DNA from: Minisyncoccia bacterium
Lineage (GTDB): Bacteria; Patescibacteriota; Minisyncoccia; Phycocordibacterales; UBA9973
NCBI GenBank assembly: GCA_965656375.1
Contig: CBFHKH010000001.1
Coordinates: forward strand, 644,291 to 708,290
Length of the DNA: 64,000 bases
Reading direction: 5' to 3'
Position 1 is the stretch's first letter, and each line of letters begins with the position of its first letter. A model generated the notes under the pieces. The model was not told the DNA's origin, made no database searches, and worked only from the letters and a program-made list of their open reading frames with translations. The translations under genes and the position numbers were made by a program. This document shows positions 55,899 through 64,000 of this stretch, piece by piece.

Positions 55899-55946
55899 CA
55901 TCTATTCCTTTTATATAGTCTTTAACTATCGTATAATAAAATAGTA

Positions 55947-57566
55947 ATGAGTAAATTATACAGTCGCTATTTCCCAACGCCAGCATATCTGGCTATGAGT
56001 TCATGCGCGCTTGATATTTCTGATCAATCCATCAAATATGGCGAACTCATCGCAACAGCTCACGGCTTGCGTCTTGGTCGCTATGGCCAAGAGAAAATAC
56101 CTCCTGGTGTTGTTGTATCTGGCAAGATTGAAAATGAAGCGAAACTTGTAGAGATTCTCAAGGCTTTGGCAGCGCGCGAACGACTGCACTTTGTCCGTGT
56201 ATCACTCCCCGAAGAGCAAATGTATCTTTTTACTCTGTCGCTTCCAAAAACTACAACAGGAGATCTTCGCGAGGCGATCTTGCTTCAGCTCGAAGAGCAT
56301 ATACCGCTACTTGCAATTGATACTATCTTTGACTTCAATATCATTTCAGAAACGAATCAAACTCTCTTTATAGAAGTCCTTGCTATTGCAACCTCTGTCA
56401 TAGAAAGTTATCTTTCATTGTTTAAAAAGGCTGGTCTTGCTCCGATTTCGTTTGAACTTGAAGCGCAAGCCATTGCACGTGCTGTGATACCACATGGAGA
56501 CATGAATCCAGTAATGATCGTCGACTTTGGAGAATCACGAACCGGGGTTTCCATTGCAGATGAAGGACGAGTACTTTTCACTACAACACTCGATATCGGT
56601 GGAATTACGCTTACCAATATGATTGCGAAGAATTTCTCTGTCTCATTTGAAGAAGCAGAAAAAATGAAGCGCTCATATAAGCTCGATGGAGATGCGAATA
56701 CCGATAGTATATTTCCTGTAATTTTGAACGGCATCTCAGTTCTTCGCGATGAACTCGTCAAACAGGACACATACTGGAAAACGCACGATAGAGAGAATAA
56801 AAAACATGAAGACATCAATCGTATTATTCTCTGTGGTGGAGATGCAAATCTCTCAGGCCTTTCTGATTATTTGGAAGCAAGTATGAAGATAAAAGTAGAA
56901 AATGCGAATGCATGGGTAAATATCTCTGATATGAAGATATCAGTTCCTGATATGACATTTGAAGAATCATTCGGCTACGCAACGGTGCTCGGGCTTGCGC
57001 TTGCGGATTATACAAAGGCGAGAACTATGATTAATGTCTTGCCAAAGGAAGAAAAGAAAGCCCTTAAAAGGGAATACTGGTTGCGTTTTGCAAGTGTGAC
57101 GTTTTCTTTACTTTCTATCATTGGTGTTATCGCAACTCTTCTCCTTCTTCCTTCATACTTCTTTTCAATCTCAAAAATGGCGCTTGCCGAAGAAAAACTC
57201 GAAACATTTAATCGTGCGAACCCTGACATTGCGACATATGACATCAACACCACAATTTTAACTATCAATTCCAAACTCGGACTTCTTGTTGTAAAAGATC
57301 AAGCGCAACCAGTAAGTGAAAAGATCATGACCACTATTTTAGGAAATTTACCCTCAGGTATAACAATAGAAAATATTCTCTATACCGAAACCGAAGCGAA
57401 AGACACCATAATAGAAGTACATGGTATCGCATCTGACCGTACAGCGTTGCGTACATACCAATCTACATTGAAAGAAAATCCTGCCATAAAAGAAGCAGAT
57501 GTACCATTATCGGACTTCTTGGGTAAATCGGATATTGATTTTACCATGACCATTACGTTGAAATAA
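55947..57566 (+). CDS. pilM: type IV pilus assembly protein PilM fused to PilN-like TM/periplasmic domain
   Basis: N-terminal actin-like PilM pattern (LDISDQSIKYGEL...GVVVSGKIENEAKLVEIL). C-terminal TM WLRFASVTFSLLSIIGVIATLLLL followed by a PilN-like domain. Confidence 0.65.
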   Translation: MSKLYSRYFPTPAYLAMSSCALDISDQSIKYGELIATAHGLRLGRYGQEKIPPGVVVSGKIENEAKLVEILKALAARERLHFVRVSLPEEQMYLFTLSLPKTTTGDLREAILLQLEEHIPLLAIDTIFDFNIISETNQTLFIEVLAIATSVIESYLSLFKKAGLAPISFELEAQAIARAVIPHGDMNPVMIVDFGESRTGVSIADEGRVLFTTTLDIGGITLTNMIAKNFSVSFEEAEKMKRSYKLDGDANTDSIFPVILNGISVLRDELVKQDTYWKTHDRENKKHEDINRIILCGGDANLSGLSDYLEASMKIKVENANAWVNISDMKISVPDMTFEESFGYATVLGLALADYTKARTMINVLPKEEKKALKREYWLRFASVTFSLLSIIGVIATLLLLPSYFFSISKMALAEEKLETFNRANPDIATYDINTTILTINSKLGLLVVKDQAQPVSEKIMTTILGNLPSGITIENILYTETEAKDTIIEVHGIASDRTALRTYQSTLKENPAIKEADVPLSDFLGKSDIDFTMTITLK

Positions 57567-57567
57567 T

Positions 57568-58125
57568 ATGAAAAAGAATCGTACAACAATTACATTCATA
57601 ATTTCACTCATCATCGCGGTGCTTGTTCTCGGAGTATTCTTTTTCTTCTTTACAATAGTAAAAAATAAAAACAAGCATACATCAGTTGTCCTTACCACAC
57701 TCGAGAACAAGATCGTAAAAAAGCGTAACGCAAGTGTGATCACACAAAAGATTGAAGAGGTAAATAGAACTGCAAGTCTCATAAATAGTTATTTTGCCGA
57801 TCCGAATCAGATTGATTCTTTTGTGAGTTATCTTGAGGAAATAGGTACGAGTGCGGACACAACAGTAAAAGTTGAAACTGTAGAAATCGCATCCCAGGTA
57901 AAGAATACGCTTTCGGTGACGGTTTCTCTAGAAGGGAATTTCTCAAATGTAATACGCACAGTAAAGCTTTTGGAGAATGCCCCATACAAGATCCATATCG
58001 GAAGAATGGCTCTCGATAAGCGCTCAAAGACGACTACAACACTCGATGTGAAAGGGGCGCCTACATCGCGAGAAGTTACCGTCTGGCATGCAGAAATCTC
58101 TTTTACTATTCTTAGTTCGTCATAA
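57568..58125 (+). CDS. PilO-like pilus assembly protein (TM + periplasmic domain)
   Basis: N-terminal TM ITFIISLIIAVLVLGVFFFFF; size and position after pilMN. Confidence 0.45.
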   Translation: MKKNRTTITFIISLIIAVLVLGVFFFFFTIVKNKNKHTSVVLTTLENKIVKKRNASVITQKIEEVNRTASLINSYFADPNQIDSFVSYLEEIGTSADTTVKVETVEIASQVKNTLSVTVSLEGNFSNVIRTVKLLENAPYKIHIGRMALDKRSKTTTTLDVKGAPTSREVTVWHAEISFTILSSS

Positions 58126-58127
58126 GT

Positions 58128-58445
58128 ATGATCAAATTATTTTCAAAAAACAAAAATAACTCAAAGTATAAAGACATAGGATCTGTGCTTGATCCTCATA
58201 AGCATTGGATCTTGCTCTTATGGATGTTCCTCGTACTTGTCGCGACCTTAATTCTCTTTAGTTTATATTTGTTGTTCCAAATACGTAATGATCAAGTATT
58301 CCAAGTCAAAGCAACGCTCGATGATAAGCCAGCAATCCTAAAAGATGATCTTCTTAAAAAAGTAACCGATTCATTTGAAGAAAAATCAAAAAAAGAAGCG
58401 GAACTTAAAACAAACCCTCCTTCGTATGAGGATCCAAGCACATAA
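58128..58445 (+). CDS. small single-TM protein, hypothetical (pilus operon member)
   Basis: WILLLWMFLVLVATLILFSLYLLF. Confidence 0.35.
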   Translation: MIKLFSKNKNNSKYKDIGSVLDPHKHWILLLWMFLVLVATLILFSLYLLFQIRNDQVFQVKATLDDKPAILKDDLLKKVTDSFEEKSKKEAELKTNPPSYEDPST

Positions 58446-58505
58446 TCTGATGTGATATTCCGTATCCATTTGATAAAACAGCAAGTGCGACTTGCTGTTT
58501 TTGTA

Positions 58506-58952
58506 TTATTTATAATTTTGTATAAAATCAAGCATATATCCTTTAAGGAGTGGACCTTCTTTACAGGGAAGATGTCCGTCACTAAAGACTGTATACTGGT
58601 TTCTCTTTATACCATAGAGAGAAAGGATTTTTTCCTTCTTTTCTTGATCGTGATCGCAGAGTATAAAATAAAGAGATTCTTTTTTAGAAGTAAATGAAGT
58701 ACAGGCAAGTTCAATAATCTCAAGAGTTCCCGATGATTCTTTACCCGCAAAGATAATAATATGCTCAAGGCTTTCTGTATGTTTGACCAATTCCATCCAA
58801 TTCGTATCACAGGGGAGCACACTTTTTGGTCCCTTTGGATTGAAACTAAGTGGCAAAAATAATACTGGTATCGTTTCTATGTTTCTAATTCCGATCCCAT
58901 ACGGGAAAAGTTCATTGTAGGTTACTACTGCTATGACCGGTTTTGATTCCAT
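58506..58952 (-). CDS. hypothetical protein
   Basis: 148-aa ORF with no recognised motif. Confidence 0.35.
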   Translation of the reverse strand: MESKPVIAVVTYNELFPYGIGIRNIETIPVLFLPLSFNPKGPKSVLPCDTNWMELVKHTESLEHIIIFAGKESSGTLEIIELACTSFTSKKESLYFILCDHDQEKKEKILSLYGIKRNQYTVFSDGHLPCKEGPLLKGYMLDFIQNYK

Positions 58953-59095
58953 AAAATATTTTTTTAAGTATATGAAAAAAGAACAATTTATCTTCAGTGT
59001 AGATAATTCAATTTAAAATATTTTTAAACAAAAATTAAATTTTTGTAGCAAGTGTATTTCGTAAGTTTTTTCAAACTTGCTATACTAAGCCTACA

Positions 59096-59761
59096 ATGAA
59101 AATATTAGTAATAGAAGATGAGGAAGCAATATCAACTTTTATAAAACGAGGTCTAGAAGCCGAATTATGCATTGTCGAGGTAGCATATACAGGAACTCGG
59201 GGTATTGAAATGGCCCATATGAATACGTATGATGTCATTGTTCTTGATTTTCATTTGCCTGATATGCTTGGTAGCGAAATCTCTGCCGAAATCCGTAAAC
59301 AAAAACCATCAGTTCCGATACTCGTATTATCTGTAGAAAATGATATGGATATAAAGCTCGATATGCTTTCTATCTGCGATGACTACATGACAAAGCCGTT
59401 TGCACTTCGCGAACTTGCAGTTCGACTGAAAGCACTGAACCGTCGTGGAGAAGTTCTTCATGGTAATGTTCTTGAAATCGGCGGTCTTGTCCTTGATTCA
59501 GTCAAATACATAGTTAAACTCGACGATAAAATTATTCCCCTTCGCAATAAAGAATTTGCACTCCTTGAGTATCTCATGCGCAATGAAGGAATAGTTGTTT
59601 CTCGAGAAATGATGCTTGAGCATGTATGGGATATGAATACTGATCCATTCACGAATACTGTAGATACTCATATTAGACTTTTACGTAAAAAGTTAGAAAG
59701 CAAAAAGCGCACATTTATCCAAACAGTGCCCAAACGTGGGTATTGTTTTACCGCTCGCTAA
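59096..59761 (+). CDS. OmpR/PhoB-family response regulator (receiver + winged helix)
   Basis: MKILVIEDEEAI...DVIVLDFHLPDMLG...; C-terminal ...RLLRKKLE...VPKRGYCF. Confidence 0.85.
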   Translation: MKILVIEDEEAISTFIKRGLEAELCIVEVAYTGTRGIEMAHMNTYDVIVLDFHLPDMLGSEISAEIRKQKPSVPILVLSVENDMDIKLDMLSICDDYMTKPFALRELAVRLKALNRRGEVLHGNVLEIGGLVLDSVKYIVKLDDKIIPLRNKEFALLEYLMRNEGIVVSREMMLEHVWDMNTDPFTNTVDTHIRLLRKKLESKKRTFIQTVPKRGYCFTAR

Positions 59762-59857
59762 TTTATAAATATTTTAAATTAGATTTAGAAATTGTTTATA
59801 TTGTGTTGATTAAAATACAATCAAGAATTGTTATTTTTAAACTTAAATTTTTAAATC

Positions 59858-60823
59858 ATGAAAAAAATCAATTGCACAACGCTTCCGGCTACGCCAGAAG
59901 CAGGCACCGTGTATTATCTTTTGCCACGGAAAGAACCAGACAAATTTTATTATGAAAGAACTGATAGGAATATCGGCTGGATTACAAAAGAAGAACAGGA
60001 GATTTTAAAAAATGCTGTAGTCGGCATTGCAGGATGCGGCGGGATGGGAGGTCTCGTTGCCTCTACGCTTTTACGTCTCGGCGTAGGCGAGATTAGAATT
60101 GCTGATAGTGAATGCTTTGACATCTCAAACCTTAATCGTCAGTACGGAGCTACTCAAAAAACAGTAGGGAAATCAAAAGCCTTCGAAACTGCACGTTTCC
60201 TTCGGGATATCGCCGATGATACGACGATCGTCGTCTATCCAAGCGGTATTACAGAGGAGACTGCTGATTCGTTTACAAACGGTTGCAATATTATCTGCGA
60301 CGAAATAGAATTTTGGGCCGTCGGTTCACGCATCTTACTACATCAAGCAATGCGAGCGTACAAGAGCCTCATACTCAATTCTCCCACAATAGGGCACCGG
60401 GTCTACGTGTTTAAATTTACACACGATTCACTGACTGTAGAATCCATGCTCCATATCGGGTACAAAAGCGCAATTGTCTTACAGCAAAAGATCCAAAGTG
60501 GGAATGCTACAGAAAGTGAGATACATACAGTTATGGATATGATGTTACAATTTGCAGCGCCGGAATTGCCAGAATATTCTCTAGATGAAAGAGAATACAG
60601 CACAGTCGTTGAGGTCAAAAAACGACTTCTGACTGAAACGACGGCTTCTATTATTGCTACGAATCCACCGATGGCATCAGGATTCCTTGCAAATCAAATA
60701 CTGTTTGAACTGCTCAAGGCATCAACGATCAAGAGGAACTTCGTCACTGTACCACGTATGCCTGGATATTTGATGTTTGATGCAGGATTATTCATTACTA
60801 AAAAAAAGGAGGGAATACTATGA
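59858..60823 (+). CDS. ThiF/MoeB/HesA-family E1-like adenylyltransferase with N-terminal extension
   Basis: VVGIAGCGGMGGLVASTLLRLGVGEIRIADSECFDISNLNRQ (GxGxxG Rossmann plus NLNRQ). Not TcdA-sized; no rhodanese or JAB domain. Confidence 0.7.
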   Translation: MKKINCTTLPATPEAGTVYYLLPRKEPDKFYYERTDRNIGWITKEEQEILKNAVVGIAGCGGMGGLVASTLLRLGVGEIRIADSECFDISNLNRQYGATQKTVGKSKAFETARFLRDIADDTTIVVYPSGITEETADSFTNGCNIICDEIEFWAVGSRILLHQAMRAYKSLILNSPTIGHRVYVFKFTHDSLTVESMLHIGYKSAIVLQQKIQSGNATESEIHTVMDMMLQFAAPELPEYSLDEREYSTVVEVKKRLLTETTASIIATNPPMASGFLANQILFELLKASTIKRNFVTVPRMPGYLMFDAGLFITKKKEGIL

Positions 60824-61419
60824 CTACCGTAATTATGATTGCATCATCTACTCATGTACGCAGAAAGGTGGTTGCATACACAAATGCAAAATATCTCGAA
60901 TATTTCGGAACAGTTCCCGGAGAGACTACGCTTTATATATATGCAGAAAAAGAAGGGAAGATTGTAGGATCAGCAGGACTCGATTTTTCTAATAAAAATG
61001 GCAAGATGCCACTTGAGTCTCTCTATACTATCAATCGGGAGCTTGTACCACTTCCTCTCGATTCCTCGAACGGTGTACAGATATGCCGTTTGATTGCAGA
61101 TGATCCAAAAGTATCTTCTCTGCCACTTGTGTATGCTTCATGTATGTATTCTATGCGACTCGGCAAAGTATACGGATGGTTAAACCATGTGGATACAGTA
61201 CATCGCATGTTCGTGCAGAAAGGGTTAGAGTTCATCTCGATACCAGATGCTGAACTTATAATAGAAAACATTCCGGAAGGTGATCGACCATTCTATATAA
61301 AACCACCATACGCAAAGTGTTATATCATGCCGCTCAAAGCCGCTTCGGTTGCACTCTTACCTCGAATGGAGATATTATTACGTAATAAAACAATTGCCTT
61401 TTCAAGCGATTTTTCTTAA
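60820..61419 (+). CDS. GNAT-fold-like N-acyltransferase candidate (FeeM/LuxI-like or hemolysin-like), translationally coupled to ThiF gene
   Basis: ATGA overlap with the upstream gene; SD AGGAGGG. Pattern GKIVGSAGLDF...VQICRLIADD resembles acyltransferase cores. Low certainty. Confidence 0.3.
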   Translation: MTTVIMIASSTHVRRKVVAYTNAKYLEYFGTVPGETTLYIYAEKEGKIVGSAGLDFSNKNGKMPLESLYTINRELVPLPLDSSNGVQICRLIADDPKVSSLPLVYASCMYSMRLGKVYGWLNHVDTVHRMFVQKGLEFISIPDAELIIENIPEGDRPFYIKPPYAKCYIMPLKAASVALLPRMEILLRNKTIAFSSDFS

Positions 61420-61481
61420 ATAATAGGAGCGCCCTTGGTTTATCCAGGCGCTCTTGTTTTAAATACACTGTATACTAGTAT

Positions 61482-63449
61482 ATGGAATCTATGGCCATAC
61501 ATATAAAAATTATACTTCTACTCATTATTGTATCCGTTTTGACGGTTGGTATTTTGGTGATCAAAAAGAATCCTCGATCTATTATCAATCGTTCTTTTTC
61601 TATCTTTCTCTTGGGCATAGTGTTTTTTATCGGAGGATTTCTACTTATGGGCACTCGATGTTCATTTGATATTTTCGATAAGACAATCCATTATGGAGGG
61701 CTTACTCTTCTTTTAGGGTTATTTCTCTTTTCCCAAGTGTTTCCGAACAGAGAGACTCTTCCACAGAAAAGATGGCCACTCTATATTCCGTTTATAGTTA
61801 TAGCGGTAGGGGTAATCCCATTTGATCTTCTTATTAAAGAAGCTCCTTTTAGTGGAGGGGAAGTTATTCCAAGCAATGGGCCGTTACTATTTCCCTACAT
61901 GATATTTTGGGGAGTTTATTTTCTTCTCTCGGTATATTTCTTGATACGAACGTATATTGCTACAACCGGAAAAATGAGAATGCAGATGAAATATCTTTTC
62001 ACGGGGATCATTATTGTGCTCGTATGTTTTTTTATCTTTGACTTGGTTTTCCCACTTGCAGGAATTTCATCGCTCGCACTGATCGGTCCAGTGTCTTCTG
62101 TTATTCTTGTGTGGCTTGCTGGATACGCTATTATTAAACATCAACTTCTTGATATTCGTATCATTATACAGCGCGGACTAATCTATATTGTTCTGTTTTC
62201 TATCATTTTCAGTTCATATGTGATCCTTCTACAGCTGCTCGGCTATTTGCTCCATAAGGCTGCAGGGATGACAGCAGTACTTAGTGCAGGTATTGTTATG
62301 ATAGGGGGGATATTTCTTGTTCGACCGCTCGAAGATTATTTCCGAAAAATAACAGACTCAATATTTTTCAAAGATAAATACGACTATCCTGATGCGCTTC
62401 ATAAACTAAGCAAGGTACTCCATACAAATGTAAGCGCAGGTGATATTATTCAAAATTCCTCTACGCTTCTCAAAGCGATATTGAAAACAGAATGGGTAGC
62501 ATTTCGATTACTCGAAAATGGAGAGATACGATCAGATCCAGGGGCTCTCGTATCAACAAATATTGTCTTTGAGGGGAAACGCATTGGAGTTCTTGAGCTT
62601 GGCCCAAAAAAATCAGGTGATCACTATACACCTTCTGATATGAAGCTCCTCGATACATTCGCATTTCAGGCTGCGGTTGCTCTTGAGAAGGGAAAACTAT
62701 ATGAAAGAGTCGAAGATTACAATACGCGATTGGAACAATTGGTAGAGAAGCGGACGCTCGAGATCAAAAAATTACAAGAAGATCAAAAGCAGGCTATGAT
62801 CGATATTTCCCACAATCTTCAAACACCACTCGCTGTCATAAAAGGGGAGATAGATCTTCTGTCGAACACACCACTCTATACCGACAAAATAAAAACAGTA
62901 AAAAAGTCTATAACACATGTTTCTCTCTTTATTCGACAACTTCTTCATTTGTCCAAGCTTGATCATGCAGCATTCCATGTGACACTGACTCAGATTGATC
63001 TATCGTTACTTATACGTGAGCAGATTGAATACTTCGAAGTAATGGCTGCTGAAAAGGGAATACGCATCACCACATCTCTTATGGAAAAAGTAACGATACG
63101 AGGAAATAAACGATTGCTGAACGAACTCCTCACTAATTTGATAAGTAATGCAATAAAGTACAGCAAGAATAATTCTAAAGAAAATACAATAGAGATTTTT
63201 CTATCTGAAGATACTGATGGAGTCCGTCTTATCATCACCGACGACGGGGTTGGAATTTCGGAGAAAGATCTACCGGATATATTTACTCGATTTTATCGGG
63301 GATCTCGTAATTCCAATACCGCTGGTACTGGTCTTGGACTTGCTATCTCTAAAAAGATTGTTGAAAAGCATAAAGGTACTATCAAAGCCGAGAGTGCACT
63401 TGGGGAGTATACTTCTTTCACTATCCTCTTTCCACTTTCCAAGAAATAA
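61482..63449 (+). CDS. sensor histidine kinase with N-terminal ~7-TM domain
   Basis: Seven hydrophobic helices. H-box ISHNLQTPLAVIKGEIDLL. N, G1 and G2 boxes (LTNLISNAIKYS, DDGVGIS, GTGLGLAI). Confidence 0.85.
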   Translation: MESMAIHIKIILLLIIVSVLTVGILVIKKNPRSIINRSFSIFLLGIVFFIGGFLLMGTRCSFDIFDKTIHYGGLTLLLGLFLFSQVFPNRETLPQKRWPLYIPFIVIAVGVIPFDLLIKEAPFSGGEVIPSNGPLLFPYMIFWGVYFLLSVYFLIRTYIATTGKMRMQMKYLFTGIIIVLVCFFIFDLVFPLAGISSLALIGPVSSVILVWLAGYAIIKHQLLDIRIIIQRGLIYIVLFSIIFSSYVILLQLLGYLLHKAAGMTAVLSAGIVMIGGIFLVRPLEDYFRKITDSIFFKDKYDYPDALHKLSKVLHTNVSAGDIIQNSSTLLKAILKTEWVAFRLLENGEIRSDPGALVSTNIVFEGKRIGVLELGPKKSGDHYTPSDMKLLDTFAFQAAVALEKGKLYERVEDYNTRLEQLVEKRTLEIKKLQEDQKQAMIDISHNLQTPLAVIKGEIDLLSNTPLYTDKIKTVKKSITHVSLFIRQLLHLSKLDHAAFHVTLTQIDLSLLIREQIEYFEVMAAEKGIRITTSLMEKVTIRGNKRLLNELLTNLISNAIKYSKNNSKENTIEIFLSEDTDGVRLIITDDGVGISEKDLPDIFTRFYRGSRNSNTAGTGLGLAISKKIVEKHKGTIKAESALGEYTSFTILFPLSKK

Positions 63450-63487
63450 GGAGAGTTATTCCCTGGAAATAAACCAAATACGTATTA

Positions 63488-63516
63488 TTGACATATTAAT
63501 CTAGATATGCTATAAT
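63488..63516 (+). promoter_or_regulatory. consensus sigma70-type promoter (TTGACA-17 bp-TATAAT) upstream of lipoprotein gene
   Basis: ttgaca at 63488-93, 17-nt spacer, tataat at 63511-16. A ~150-nt leader follows, containing the inverted repeat GTTTCTCAG...CTGAGAAAC. Confidence 0.55.
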
Positions 63517-63668
63517 AGTACCGATATATAGCCCTTTGATATATGGTTATTTTGGTATTGAGAAGGGTTTCTCAGAGTAATTATCTAGCGCGCAGAGGCT
63601 GATTTTTCTGAGAAACTCTAACTCAATATATATTCACAAAATTAAATAACCAAAATAAAACTAAGAAA

Positions 63669-64000
63669 ATGAAAAAAAATTTCTTTACGATAGTTTTTAC
63701 CATACTGGTAGGAGCTATATTCGCATCATGCAGCAGTTCAAGAAACTCTACTAAAATTGGTGAAACCCCGACGGTAATGTCAGAAGCAGATTTGAAACAA
63801 ATTCTGGGACCGGGGTACTACCAGGATAGTATTATTAAAAAACTGCATTTGTTTAATACCGCCGACGTAGTTTGGCGAGCAGAAAGCCAGGAGAACAAAA
63901 CTTTTGTCGACTTTAAAGACTCAAAAGTTTTATCTACCAAAAATAGAACGAAAGATGTACTATCTGGTTTCTTGCCAGCAGGTACAGAAGGCCAGGTAGA
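63669..64000 (+). CDS. lipoprotein, 3'-partial (runs off window)
   Basis: MKKNFFTIVFTILVGAIFASCSSS is a lipobox-type signal. No stop before the window end. Confidence 0.55.
   Translation, partial: MKKNFFTIVFTILVGAIFASCSSSRNSTKIGETPTVMSEADLKQILGPGYYQDSIIKKLHLFNTADVVWRAESQENKTFVDFKDSKVLSTKNRTKDVLSGFLPAGTEGQV

Noticed and set aside
59743-59955. 70-aa ORF spanning the response-regulator end and ThiF start
   Set aside because: Overlaps two supported genes and the AT-rich leader; no independent support.
1-64000. rRNA genes, transposases/IS elements, CRISPR arrays, restriction-modification or toxin-antitoxin pairs
   Set aside because: No 16S/23S-like conserved stretches, no DDE/HUH transposase or integrase motifs, and no repeat-spacer arrays were recognised by eye. 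The absence is stated rather than assumed.

Overview
This 64 kb window is an AT-rich, gene-dense chromosomal segment that spans the replication origin. The origin is marked by rpmH-rnpA-yidD-yidC-jag on the minus strand, divergent from dnaA-dnaN on the plus strand, with DnaA-box-like 9-mers in both flanking intergenic regions.

Housekeeping genes recognisable from motifs are uvrD/pcrA, rsmA, a class A PBP, tyrS, ruvC-ruvB, ruvA (at a separate locus), polA, a holA-like gene, tsaE, a plsC-like acyltransferase, mutM, rpsT, a thioredoxin-like protein, yqgF, a DedA protein and a SpoU methyltransferase. Type IV pilus genes are present: pilB, a PilM-PilN fusion and a PilO-like protein. Three tRNAs (Lys-UUU, Arg-GCG and Ser-UGA, all minus strand) were found by eye.

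The small proteins, many secreted or membrane-anchored hypothetical proteins, the short YidC and the PilM-PilN fusion suggest a reduced-genome, probably monoderm CPR/Patescibacteria-like bacterium. That taxonomic call is my inference, not something the sequence shows directly.

The most notable region is a 15 kb Gram-positive-type (VirB/Prg-like) type IV secretion-like cluster at 4.5-19.9 kb, directly upstream of the origin genes. It contains:
- a PrgI/VirB3-like protein;
- a VirB4 ATPase split across two frames;
- a VirB6-like polytopic protein with a His/Gly tail;
- a VirB2-like transmembrane hairpin fused to an M15 peptidoglycan peptidase;
- many secreted proteins.

No relaxase or coupling protein is seen in the window.

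Other unusual items:
- a family of tRNA-flanking structured elements with a covarying GCAG-loop hairpin;
- a tRNA-Lys 3'-half duplication (att-like) bounding a gene-poor island that carries perfect DnaA boxes;
- a GC-rich 18-bp palindrome inserted in-frame in three unrelated genes;
- a terminator family with a conserved AAAATCCCC stem;
- two tandem ~580-aa cysteine-rich paralogs;
- a ThiF-like E1 plus acyltransferase-like pair nested inside a two-component system;
- three compositionally atypical, Bacteroidetes-style secreted or lipoprotein genes.

No CRISPR array, rRNA or obvious transposase was found.
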